DNA from: an uncultured Ruminococcus sp. | GTDB taxonomy: Bacteria; Bacillota; Clostridia; Oscillospirales; CAG-272 | Assembly (NCBI GenBank): GCA_902778725.1 | Contig: CACYYS010000014.1 | Location: forward strand, 418-64,417 | DNA length: 64,000 nucleotides | Reading direction: 5' to 3' | Part shown: positions 9,987-18,716 of the stretch, piece by piece | Numbering within the stretch: the first letter of the stretch is position 1 | Layout: each line of letters opens with the position of its first letter | Program-made: the position numbers and the translations under genes | Notes under the pieces: model-generated | Seen by the model: only the letters and a program-made list of their open reading frames with translations | Told to the model about the DNA's origin: nothing | Database searches by the model: none

Positions 9987-10688
9987 ATGAACATGACAGA
10001 TCCTAAGGATACGCTCAAGTCCGCCACGGAGGATCTTGCGCTGATCCGCAACACGATGGACCGCTCCCGATACCATTTTGATTTTCTTTCGACTGTTTTT
10101 CTGATCTACGGCGCGGTGATGCTGGCGGGGGAGATTCTGGCCCACATCCTGTCTGTTTGCGGGGTCCGTGACAACGCGCCGGGTTTTTTCATTGTCGGTT
10201 ATCTTCCGTATGTTTTTGTGTTCCTGCTTTTCGTTTTCTATTTTGTGATGCGCAGGAAGTTTATCAAAAGCGAGACGCTCTACTCCCTGCATCTCTATGA
10301 CGTGTGGGGCGTCGTGCTCTTTTTCCTGCCGTTTCTTTCCCTCTGTTTTTCCCTGTCCCGCTTTTTTGTCCCCGGCACAGAAAAAGTGGAAAATGTTGGA
10401 GTTATCGGGATTCTCTTTTGCATCAAAACGTTGCTTTTTCTTTTCGCCGCGCTTATTACCCTGCTTTTCACGGCGATCGCGCTTCGGGACACGCCGCTGC
10501 TTCTGATCGCGCTGATTTGCCTTTCGCTGTTTCTTTTTGTGCTTTTTTGGGGATTCTTTGTCGGATATCCGAGGACGATCGATTTCTTTTATGGTGAATT
10601 GATTACGCGGACACAGTTTTTGGAAAGAGCGGTCTATTTGTTGTATGTAGTTTTAGGGCTGTATCTTAAAATCAGGAAGTATAAATGA
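9987..10688 (+). CDS. Hypothetical polytopic membrane protein
   Basis: AAGGAGG RBS; N-terminal EDLALIRNTMDRS helix followed by about 6 hydrophobic segments; visibly more AT-rich than its neighbours. Confidence 0.75.
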   Translation: MNMTDPKDTLKSATEDLALIRNTMDRSRYHFDFLSTVFLIYGAVMLAGEILAHILSVCGVRDNAPGFFIVGYLPYVFVFLLFVFYFVMRRKFIKSETLYSLHLYDVWGVVLFFLPFLSLCFSLSRFFVPGTEKVENVGVIGILFCIKTLLFLFAALITLLFTAIALRDTPLLLIALICLSLFLFVLFWGFFVGYPRTIDFFYGELITRTQFLERAVYLLYVVLGLYLKIRKYK

Positions 10689-10689
10689 T

Positions 10690-10983
10690 ATGGAATTGTC
10701 AAGTATTCCGGACGCTTTTCAATCTGCGCTTCGTCTTTCCGTTCTGAGCGCGGTGATGATGGGAGAGAAGAGCTTTCGCGAGTTGAAACGGATCACCGGA
10801 GCGACGGACGGGAATCTCGGCGCTCAGATCCGCAAGCTCGAGGAGCAGGGGTATTTGGTCTGTGAGAAGACCTTTTCCGCCCGCAAGCCTCTCACCACCG
10901 TTTCGCTGACTCCGTTCGGCCGCGAACAGTTCCGGGAATACGTGGAATTGCTTGAAAGAATTATAAAAGAGGCAACGAAGTAG
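10690..10983 (+). CDS. Winged-helix transcriptional regulator (HTH_34, MarR/ArsR-like)
   Basis: RLSVLS...SFRELK...ATDGNLGAQIRKLEEQGY...KPLT.VSLT..GR..F..YV..LE. Confidence 0.88.
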   Translation: MELSSIPDAFQSALRLSVLSAVMMGEKSFRELKRITGATDGNLGAQIRKLEEQGYLVCEKTFSARKPLTTVSLTPFGREQFREYVELLERIIKEATK

Positions 10984-11042
10984 CTTTAAGGACGAACGAA
11001 GACCCGGGGAGCGGCGTGGCCGCTCCCCGGGCGATTTTCTTT

Positions 11043-12293
11043 TTACGGGAGATCGTCGGTCTTCGGTCTGTTGGTCAGGCGGTAGAAGCGCCCGATCGCC
11101 TCGATCATCTTGTCGGAGACGGTCGCCTCGGTCCGGTCGCCGCCGCGCCGGTCCCGCAGGATCTCGCGGTACCGCGCCACGGCGCGGTCGATCGCGTCCT
11201 CCCAGGAGAGGTAGAGGGTGCGGGAGGCCCGCTCGCCCGCCTCTTTTGCCAGCTCCGGACGGCGGCAGACGGCGAGCAGCGCCCGGGTAAAGGAGGGGAC
11301 GCTGTCCTCGGTGAGGAAGCCGTTTTCCCCGTCCGTGACGTTCTCGGCGGAGCTGCTGCCCCGGATGAGGACGCTGGCGGTCCGGCACGCCGCCGCCTCC
11401 TTGACGACGAGAGGGTTGTTGTCGAAGACCGAGGGGAGCAGGAAGAGATCGGCGCGGGTATAGAGCGCCTTGAGCAGCGCCCGGTCCCGGATCGCGCCGG
11501 GGAAGACGCAATCGCCGGAAAGGCCCTGCCGCTCGGCGCGTTCGCGCACCGCCGCAAGGTCCTCTCCGTCTCCGACAAAGAGCATCGTGAAGGGCTCGCC
11601 CGCCCGCTTGAGCTCGGCGAGACTGTCGAGGATCGTGGAGAGGCCCTTGTACCACAGCATCCGCCCGACAAAGAGGAAGACGGGCGCGCACGCCTTGATC
11701 CGGTACGTTTCCTCCAGCCGCCGCAGCTCCTCCACCGGGACGGGGTCGAGGGTCATATCCACGCCGTTTTCCATCACAAGATAATCGCCGCGGAAGCCGA
11801 GGCTCTTCAGGTTTTCTCCGGCGCCGCGGTTGACCGCCCACACCTCGTCGCACGCCTCGATGTTGCGGATGATCTCGCGGATCGCGGATTCCTGCAGGAG
11901 CTTGCCCTTTATTACGCGGCGGATATCCACGTCGAACTTGGTATGGTAGGTGAAGACGATGGGCGCGCCGGTCAGGCAGCGCAGCTCGCGCGCAAGGAAG
12001 GTGGACGCCATCGGGCAGTGGGAGTGGATCAGCGTAGGGGAGAAGGCCTCCAGCCGCTGCATCGCGGCGGCGGAAAAGGGGAAGCCGGTCCGGTAGCCGA
12101 GGGACTTTGTCGTGTCGAGGCTGGCATACCGCACCACTTCAAAGGGATAGTCGTCGGTCACGCCGGGGTAGGCGGGCGTTGCGACGGCGGCTTTTTCCCC
12201 CCGCTCGCCGAGGACGCGGGCGTAGTTGAGTACGGTGTTGGAGACGCCGTCCAGCAGCGGCGGGAAGGAATCGTTCAAAAGACAGACGTTCAT
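11043..12293 (-). CDS. GT4 glycosyltransferase, probably a diacylglycerol glucosyltransferase (Mgs-like)
   Basis: NDSFPPLLDGVS, IHSHCP, TYHT, FVGR, ADLFLLPS.FDNNPLVVKEAAA. Confidence 0.85.
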   Translation of the reverse strand: MNVCLLNDSFPPLLDGVSNTVLNYARVLGERGEKAAVATPAYPGVTDDYPFEVVRYASLDTTKSLGYRTGFPFSAAAMQRLEAFSPTLIHSHCPMASTFLARELRCLTGAPIVFTYHTKFDVDIRRVIKGKLLQESAIREIIRNIEACDEVWAVNRGAGENLKSLGFRGDYLVMENGVDMTLDPVPVEELRRLEETYRIKACAPVFLFVGRMLWYKGLSTILDSLAELKRAGEPFTMLFVGDGEDLAAVRERAERQGLSGDCVFPGAIRDRALLKALYTRADLFLLPSVFDNNPLVVKEAAACRTASVLIRGSSSAENVTDGENGFLTEDSVPSFTRALLAVCRRPELAKEAGERASRTLYLSWEDAIDRAVARYREILRDRRGGDRTEATVSDKMIEAIGRFYRLTNRPKTDDLP

Positions 12294-12423
12294 GTTGCTC
12301 CTTTTATCAGACAGGTCCTGCGAACTCTTCTGTAACTTTTATTTTATCATACCCCGCCGGATTTTGCAACCCCGGAGGAAAAGAGAAGGGCGCCGTCCGC
12401 TTTTTGCGGACGGCGCCCGGCGT

Positions 12424-13254
12424 TCAGCGGAGCGCGGAGAAGAGGAAGGGAAGCTCGGTCTCGAACTTCGGCCCGTACCAGTGGTCCTTTTCTTTTGCCG
12501 TGGCGCGGATGCAGCGCACGGTGTAGTCGGCGGCGATGCGCGCGGCGTCGTAGCCGTCCTTTCCGCGGACAAACGCCCCGACAAAGGCGGAGGCGTAAAC
12601 GTCCCCCGTCCCGTGGCAGCCGTTCGGGAGCAGCTCGTGCTCGTAGTAGCGGATCTCCCCGTTCTCAAAGACGGAGACGCCGGTCTTGCCGGTCCGGTAG
12701 CCGACGCCGGTGAGGACGACGTTCTTTGCGCCGAGGGCGAGCAGCCCGTCGGTCAGGGCGGCGATATAGGCGGCGTCATACCCGGTCCGGTAGGGCAGCC
12801 CGGTCAAAAAGGAGGCTTCCGTGATATTCGGCAGGACGTAATCCGCGACGGCGCAGAGGGTCTTCATCTCCTCGACGAACGCCGCGTCAAACGCGGGATA
12901 GAGCTTGCCGTTGTCCGCCATCGCGGGGTCGACGATCAGCGTTCCTCCCGGTCTCAGCGCGTCGCGGGCGAGCTGCCGCACATACGCGATCTGCTCGGCG
13001 CTGCCGAGATAGCCGGTATAGATCGCGTCAAAGAGGATCCCCTCCTTTTTCCAATGCGCGGCGATCGCGGGGATGTCCTCCGTGAGATCGCGGAAGGTAT
13101 AGCCGGTAAAGCCGGCGGTATGCGTGGAGAGCACGGCGGAGGGGAGGACGCAGGTCTCCACTCCGCAGGCGGAGAGGATCGGCAGCGCCACGGTCAGCGA
13201 GCATTGCCCCACGCAGGAAATATCCTGTACGGTCAGGATCTTCGGATAAGCCAT
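12424..13254 (-). CDS. pdxK: Pyridoxal/pyridoxamine kinase
   Basis: QDISCVGQCSL, LSTHT, YTGYLGS, VDPAMADNG, PNITEA, HGTGD; start at MAYPK. Confidence 0.9.
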   Translation of the reverse strand: MAYPKILTVQDISCVGQCSLTVALPILSACGVETCVLPSAVLSTHTAGFTGYTFRDLTEDIPAIAAHWKKEGILFDAIYTGYLGSAEQIAYVRQLARDALRPGGTLIVDPAMADNGKLYPAFDAAFVEEMKTLCAVADYVLPNITEASFLTGLPYRTGYDAAYIAALTDGLLALGAKNVVLTGVGYRTGKTGVSVFENGEIRYYEHELLPNGCHGTGDVYASAFVGAFVRGKDGYDAARIAADYTVRCIRATAKEKDHWYGPKFETELPFLFSALR

Positions 13255-13285
13255 AAAAACACCTTCTTTTCCTAAATTAAGGATA

Positions 13286-13313
13286 GTATACACTCTTTTT
13301 TCGGATTTGTAAA
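13286..13313 (-). promoter_or_regulatory. SigA-type promoter for pdxK
   Basis: Minus strand reads TTTACA-N17-TATACT. Confidence 0.55.
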
Positions 13314-13452
13314 GAGAAAAAAGAAAAAAACGGCCGGCCGGCCGCGCTCGTTTTTCCCCGCGGCGCCGGGAGCGCGGGACGCGTCCGATCTGCAGCGGCC
13401 GCTCCGACTGCGGCGCCTGCGGAAAGGAAAAGAGGACGGAGGATCCGTCCGC

Positions 13453-14142
13453 TTAATCCGATCTGTGCCGGAGCTCCCGGCGCCGCTCCTCCCAGTCGGG
13501 GAGGAATCCGGTGAGAAAAGCCCGGAACCCCGCTCCGTGGTCGGGATACCGGAGGTGCGCCAGCTCATGCAGGATCACGTAGGAGAGGAGCCTGTCCGGC
13601 TCCCGCGAGAGGGAGAGGGAGAGGCGGATGCGGCCGCTGCCGACCGTGCAGGAGCCCCAGCGGGAGCTCATCCGCCGGACCGAAAAGCCGCTCGCCCGCA
13701 GACCGGTCGCTTCTTCCCAAAAGGAGAAGAGAGGTTCCGCCCGCCGGACGAGCCGCTCGGAGAGCGCCCGCGCCAGCGCCGCCTCCCCGTCCCCGCGGAA
13801 AAGGAGAGACGCCCCCTCCTCCGTCACGGTCAGCAGCGTTTTTTTGCCCTGCCGCGCCGCAAACGGGAGGCGTTTTCCCTCCAGCGTCAGCTCCCCGCTC
13901 TCAAAGGGCGAGGGGGAGAGCGGGGCGGATCCGCCGTTTTGCTTTTCCCGGATCCAGCCCTCCCGGGAGCGGAGGAACCGTTCCACCGCCGCGCGGCTCG
14001 CCCGCGCCGGCGCCGTCGCAAGGACCGTTTTGTCCTCCCGCACCCGGATCCGGTAGTTCTTCACTCCGGTCTTCCATTCGACGGGCACGGGGATCTCCCC
14101 GAGGTGGACCGTCTCCCGCCGGACTGTCTGATAGCGCGCCAT
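13453..14142 (-). CDS. M48/YgjP (DUF45) zinc metallohydrolase
   Basis: MSSRWGSC, YVILHELAHLRYPDHG..F. Confidence 0.9.
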   Translation of the reverse strand: MARYQTVRRETVHLGEIPVPVEWKTGVKNYRIRVREDKTVLATAPARASRAAVERFLRSREGWIREKQNGGSAPLSPSPFESGELTLEGKRLPFAARQGKKTLLTVTEEGASLLFRGDGEAALARALSERLVRRAEPLFSFWEEATGLRASGFSVRRMSSRWGSCTVGSGRIRLSLSLSREPDRLLSYVILHELAHLRYPDHGAGFRAFLTGFLPDWEERRRELRHRSD

Positions 14143-14155
14143 ATCCCCTCCGTGA

Positions 14156-14186
14156 AAAAGCGCCTGCCGGCCGGCAGGCGCTTTTC
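14156..14186. terminator. Intrinsic terminator after the yegP-like gene
   Basis: aaaagcgcctgccgg-ccggcaggcgctttt inverted repeat. Confidence 0.7.
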
Positions 14187-14195
14187 TGCTTTTTT

Positions 14196-14567
14196 TCAGT
14201 CTTCCTTGACGGTGTCGGCGTCCGGCGCGTTCTTCTTCACGCTGGCGATCCCGTTGAGGCAGCTCGCCTTGGACTTGTAGCCCTCGGAGGTGGCGATGAC
14301 TTCGCCGTTTTTCGCCTTCAGGCGGAAACGGAACTCGCCCGCCTTGTCGGCGTAGACTTCGAACTTCGGGTTCTTGACGGCGGCGTAATTCTCAACGGTC
14401 TGGTCCTCGATCTCGCCGACGCAGTTCTTCTTGACGCTCTCGATGCCGTTGAGGCAGGAGGACTCGGCGTTATAGAGCTCAGACGTTGCGATGATCTCGC
14501 CGTTGCCGGCCTTCAGATTGAAATTGAACTTGCCGGACTTGGTCTGCTTATAAACGAATTTTCCCAT
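14196..14567 (-). CDS. YegP-family protein (tandem DUF1508)
   Basis: Two copies of F.F.LKA.NGE.IATSE.Y....SCLNGI.SVKKN. Confidence 0.92.
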   Translation of the reverse strand: MGKFVYKQTKSGKFNFNLKAGNGEIIATSELYNAESSCLNGIESVKKNCVGEIEDQTVENYAAVKNPKFEVYADKAGEFRFRLKAKNGEVIATSEGYKSKASCLNGIASVKKNAPDADTVKED

Positions 14568-14721
14568 GATCTTTCCCTCCAGTATTTTGGTTTATTTTTC
14601 GGCGAATGCTTCCGGAAAAGCATTTCTGCCTTGATTATAGCATATAAAAAAAGAGGTTGCAAGAGAAAAGAGACAAAAAAACCGGACAAACTCTTCTTTT
14701 TTTTCGCTTTTTTTCGGGAGG

Positions 14722-14750
14722 TTGACTTGCGGGAAGGAAAGTGCTATACT
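14722..14750 (+). promoter_or_regulatory. SigA promoter of alr-murI-aspS
   Basis: TTGACT-N17-TATACT with an extended -10 TG. Confidence 0.65.
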
Positions 14751-14799
14751 ATTACAATAAGTTTGTCTTTCAATGATCCCGGAAAAGAAAGGGGTCCTT

Positions 14800-16011
14800 A
14801 TGGAACAGAATAAAAGCTTTGTTCTCCGCCGGCGCACCTGGGCGGAGATCGATCTGGACGCGGCGGAGGCAAATTACCGCGCCGTGCGGGACGCCGTCCC
14901 CGAAAAAACGGCGGTCTGCTGCGTGATCAAGGCGAACGCCTACGGCCACGGCGCCGTCCGGCTCGGCCGCCTGTATGAGACCCTCGGCGCCGCCTTCCTC
15001 GCGGTCTCGAACGTGGAGGAGGCGCTCCAGCTCCGGCGGGGCGGCGTCTCCCTCCCCGTGCTGATCCTCGGCTACACGCCGGAGGCCTGCGCGCCGACGC
15101 TGGCGCGCGAGGGGATCCGGCAGTGCGTCTATTCCCTCGCGTACGGCAGGGCGCTCGCGGACGCCGCGGAGTCGGCGGGCGTCACCGTGAAGATCCACGT
15201 CAAGCTGGATACCGGCATGGGCCGCATCGGCTTTCTCTGCCGGGGAGGGGAGAGCACGGAGATCGGAGAGGCGGCGGAGATATGCAGCCGCCGCGGCCTT
15301 GACCCCGAGGGGGTCTTCACCCACTTCGCCGTCGCCGACGAGGGCGGGGAGGGCGAGGCCTATACCCGCCGTCAGTATGAAAACTTTCTCTCCGGCGTCC
15401 GCGCGCTCGCCGACCGCGGCGTCTCCTTCCGCATCCGCCATTGCGCCAACAGCGCGGCGATCTTCGATTACCCCGAGCTGCACCTCGATATGGTCCGCGC
15501 CGGGGTGGTCCTCTACGGTCTGCGCCCCTCCGGCGAGGTCAAGCGCTGCCCGCCCCTTCGCCCGGTGATGACCGTCCGCTCGGTCATCTCGCATATCAAG
15601 ACCCTTTACCCCGGCGAGTCGCTCAGCTACGGCAGGATCTATACCGCGGCGCGCGAGATGCGCGTCGCCACCGTTCCGGTCGGATACGCAGACGGCTTCT
15701 GGCGCTCGAACGGCGCGGCCGCCCGGCTGCGCGTGGGCGGGGGTCTTGCCCCGATCGTCGGCAGAGTCTGCATGGACCAGCTGATGATCGACGTCACGGA
15801 CGTCCCCTGCTCGGTCGGCGATCCGGTCGAGATCTTCGGCGCATCGGAGCCCTGCACCGCGCAGACGCTGGCAAAAGAGAACGGCACCATCCCCTACGAG
15901 ATCGTCTGCGCCCTCGGCGAGCGGGTCCCCCGCGCCTATCTGCGCGGAGGAAGGATCATCGCCTGGAACGATATGATCTATGACGAAGATCTGGAGGAGG
16001 GAAAGGTATGA
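14800..16011 (+). CDS. alr: Alanine racemase
   Basis: VIKANAYGHG (PLP lysine), KLDTGMGRIG, VGYADG, VGRVCMDQ, TIPYE. Confidence 0.97.
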   Translation: MEQNKSFVLRRRTWAEIDLDAAEANYRAVRDAVPEKTAVCCVIKANAYGHGAVRLGRLYETLGAAFLAVSNVEEALQLRRGGVSLPVLILGYTPEACAPTLAREGIRQCVYSLAYGRALADAAESAGVTVKIHVKLDTGMGRIGFLCRGGESTEIGEAAEICSRRGLDPEGVFTHFAVADEGGEGEAYTRRQYENFLSGVRALADRGVSFRIRHCANSAAIFDYPELHLDMVRAGVVLYGLRPSGEVKRCPPLRPVMTVRSVISHIKTLYPGESLSYGRIYTAAREMRVATVPVGYADGFWRSNGAAARLRVGGGLAPIVGRVCMDQLMIDVTDVPCSVGDPVEIFGASEPCTAQTLAKENGTIPYEIVCALGERVPRAYLRGGRIIAWNDMIYDEDLEEGKV

Positions 16012-16802
16012 AGACCCTCGGGATCTTTGACAGCGGCGTCGGCGGACTGACCGTGCTGCGCGAGATCGTCGCCCGCGGCAGCGCCTACGACCGCATCGTC
16101 TATTTCGGCGATACCGGGCGGGTCCCGTACGGGACGCGGTCCCGGGAGACGATCATCCGCTACTCCCGCCAGGACGTGCGCTTTCTCCTCTCCCGCGGAG
16201 CGGACGAGATCATCGTCGCCTGCGGCACGGCGAGCGCCAACGCCCTCGACGAGCTGAAGGCGTCCTTTCCCCAGCCGATCACCGGCGTGATCGACGTCTC
16301 CGCCGAGGCGGCGGTCGCCGCGACGAAAAACGGCAGGATCGGCGTCATCGGCACCGCCGCGACCATAAAGAGCGGCGTCTACCCCCGCAAGCTGAAAGCC
16401 CTCTCCCCCTCGGTCGAGGTCTTCGGGCAGGCGTGCCCCCTCCTCGTCCCCCTCGCGGAGTACGGCTTTGCGGAGAGGGGGAACCAGATCGCCCGTCTCA
16501 CCTGCGCCCACTACCTCGGAGGGCTCAAAGAGAAGGGGATCGACACCCTGATCCTCGGCTGCACGCATTTTCCGCTTTTCTCCGGGATGATCGGCGAGTA
16601 CCTCGGACCCGGGGTCCGGCTGATCAACAGCGGCGCTGAGCTCGCGCGCCGCCTCGCCTCTCCCCGCGCGGGGACGCCCGCCCTGGAGTTTTACGTCAGC
16701 GACGATCCCGCCGGCTTCTGCGCGGACGCCGCGATCTTCCTCGGCGCGGAGCATCCCGTCTCCGCCTCTCTCACGGATATCGCCGCCTACCCGGCGGACT
16801 GA
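16008..16802 (+). CDS. murI: Glutamate racemase
   Basis: FDSGVGGLTV, VPYG, VACGTAS, LILGCTHFP; ATGA overlap with alr. Confidence 0.96.
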   Translation: MKTLGIFDSGVGGLTVLREIVARGSAYDRIVYFGDTGRVPYGTRSRETIIRYSRQDVRFLLSRGADEIIVACGTASANALDELKASFPQPITGVIDVSAEAAVAATKNGRIGVIGTAATIKSGVYPRKLKALSPSVEVFGQACPLLVPLAEYGFAERGNQIARLTCAHYLGGLKEKGIDTLILGCTHFPLFSGMIGEYLGPGVRLINSGAELARRLASPRAGTPALEFYVSDDPAGFCADAAIFLGAEHPVSASLTDIAAYPAD

Positions 16803-16839
16803 AAAAGACAAGAATTTTTGAAAAAAGAGGACAAAAACG

Positions 16840-18044
16840 ATGAACAGAACCTATATTTCCGAGGTCAAACCGGACGGATGCAGGTCACGCTGGAGAAGGA
16901 GAAATATCCCGAGCTTGCCGCCGTGGTCGACACGCTGACGATCCACTCGGTGATCAGCGTGGAGGGCGAGGCTGTCGCAAACGAGTACGTCAAGCTCGGC
17001 GGCGTTGAGATCCTGCCCTCCGCGATCTTCGTCGAGTCGATCGCGGACGCGCTGCCCATCAAGGACGACAGCGAGATCGACTCCCGCATGGACTTCCGCT
17101 GGATCGATCTGCGGCGCGACCGCAACCAGCTGATGATCCGCGTCCAGACGGTCTTCACCGCCGCCCTGCGCGAATACCTGCTCGCGCGCCGCTTCGTCGA
17201 GATCCACACCCCCAAGCTGATCGGCGCGGCGAGCGAGTCCGGCTCCGACGTGTTCGAGGTCAAGTATTTCGATACGAAGGCGTATCTCGCCCAGTCCCCG
17301 CAGTTCTATAAGCAGATGGCGATGGCGGCGGGGCTGGACCGCATCTTTGAGAGCGGCCCCGTCTTCCGCGCGGAAAAATCCTATACCAACAAGCACGCGA
17401 CCGAGTTCACCGGCTTCGATCTGGAGTTCAGCTACGTCTATTCCGCCGAGGAGGTCATGCACCTCGAGGAGGAGCTGCTCGCCTACGCGATCGGCAAGGT
17501 AAAGGACGCCTGCGGCGAGGAGATCCTCGCGCAGTTCGGCCGCGAGGTCGTCGTCCCCTCCGTCCCCTTCCCGCGGATGAAGCTGGCGGACGTCTACCGG
17601 GAGCTCGAGGAGCGCTACGGCTACAAGGTCGCGGACGAGGTGAAGGGGGATCTCACCACCGACGCCGAGCATCTCTGCGAAAAACTGGCGAAGGACAAGT
17701 TCGGCAGCGAGTTCCTCTTCATCACCGATTACAGCGCGGCGGAGCGCGCCTTCTACCATATGCGGGACGAAAACGGCGTCCCCATGGGCTACGATCTGAT
17801 CTGGCGCGGCTGCGAGATCACGACCGGCGCCGTCCGCGAGCACCGCTACGAGATCCTGAAGCGCCAGGCGGAGGAGAAGGGACTCGGGAAAGACGTGGCG
17901 TTTTACCTGCAGTTCTTCCGGTACGGATGCCCGCCGCACGGCGGCTTCGGGCTCGGGATCGACCGGATCACGATGCTCTTCCTCGGTCTCTCGATCAAGG
18001 AGGCGGAATTCCTCTTCCGCGGGCCGAACCGTCTCACCCCGTGA
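16840..18044 (+). pseudogene. aspS: Non-discriminating (archaeal-type) aspartyl-tRNA synthetase with a frameshifting deletion near the 5' end (or an assembly error)
   Basis: Body has AYLAQSPQFYKQ, FRAE and GCPPHGGFGLGIDR. The natural-looking start (GAGG...ATG 16840, MNRTYISEVKP) is out of frame with the body and stops at 16938. Confidence 0.75.
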
Positions 18045-18050
18045 CAAATC

Positions 18051-18082
18051 AAAAAAACCGGCTTTCTTCAGCCGGTTTTTTT
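18051..18082 (+). terminator. Intrinsic terminator after aspS
   Basis: aaaaaaaccggct-ttcttc-agccggttttttt. Confidence 0.8.
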
Positions 18083-18170
18083 ATCTCAAAAAATTTTTTA
18101 AAAAATTTTTGAGTCTTTGACCAATTTTCCCGAAAAAAAGTGTTATACAGGATAGGAGGGAAAAAAGGCT

Positions 18171-18716
18171 ATGCTGTTGTTCTTTGCTTTCACAGTCGAA
18201 AAGGAAAACGCCCCGGAGACGCCGACCGTTCTCTCGCAGCTCTACCGGCTCCATCGGGGCAGGATGTACCGCTACGCCCTCGGCGTTCTGAAAAACGGGA
18301 GCGACGCGGAGGACGCGGTGCAGGAGGCGTTCCTCGCTCTCTTCCGCTATCAGCCGGACTTTGCCGATCTCGGCGCGGAAAAAACGCTCGGGTATCTGCA
18401 AAAATGCGTCCGCTCCGCCTGTATCCGCCAGCTGGAAAAGCGCCGGCGCGCCCCGGCCGCCCTGCCGCTGGACGAATGGGAGGGAGAGGCGGCGACGGAG
18501 GAGGAGGCGTTTTCCGGCACGTACGACGCGATCCGGCGGGCGATCCTCTCCCTGCCGGCGATCTACCGGGATCCGATGGCGCTCTACTGCCTCTACGAGG
18601 AGCCGCCGGGGCGGATCGCCGCCCTGCTCGGCATCAGCGAGCAGGCGGTCCGCTCGCGGATCCGCCGGGGCCGCGCCCTCCTGAAAAAAACGCTTGGAAA
18701 GGAGTTCGGAGAATGA
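18171..18716 (+). CDS. ECF-type RNA polymerase sigma factor
   Basis: Region 2 DAEDAVQEAFL; region 4 LPAIYR...IAALLGISEQAVRSRIRRGR; AGGAGG RBS. Confidence 0.9.
   Translation: MLLFFAFTVEKENAPETPTVLSQLYRLHRGRMYRYALGVLKNGSDAEDAVQEAFLALFRYQPDFADLGAEKTLGYLQKCVRSACIRQLEKRRRAPAALPLDEWEGEAATEEEAFSGTYDAIRRAILSLPAIYRDPMALYCLYEEPPGRIAALLGISEQAVRSRIRRGRALLKKTLGKEFGE

Noticed and set aside
13320-13450. GC-rich structured-looking region upstream of pdxK, considered as a vitamin B6/TPP riboswitch
   Set aside because: It lies upstream of the predicted pdxK promoter, ends in a U-tract like a terminator of the M48 gene, and has no TPP consensus
16818-16880. Programmed frameshift or the TTG start at 16818 as an explanation for aspS
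   Set aside because: No slippery sequence is visible and conserved OB-fold residues are missing in all frames, so a deletion fits better
18085-18113. AT-rich near-palindrome upstream of the ECF sigma gene
   Set aside because: Made of homopolymer A/T tracts typical of intergenic DNA here; not enough information to call an operator
18140-18712. N-terminal extension of the 546-aa ORF overlapping the sigma factor
   Set aside because: The real start is the ATG at 18713 coupled to the sigma stop; the extension is an off-frame read-through
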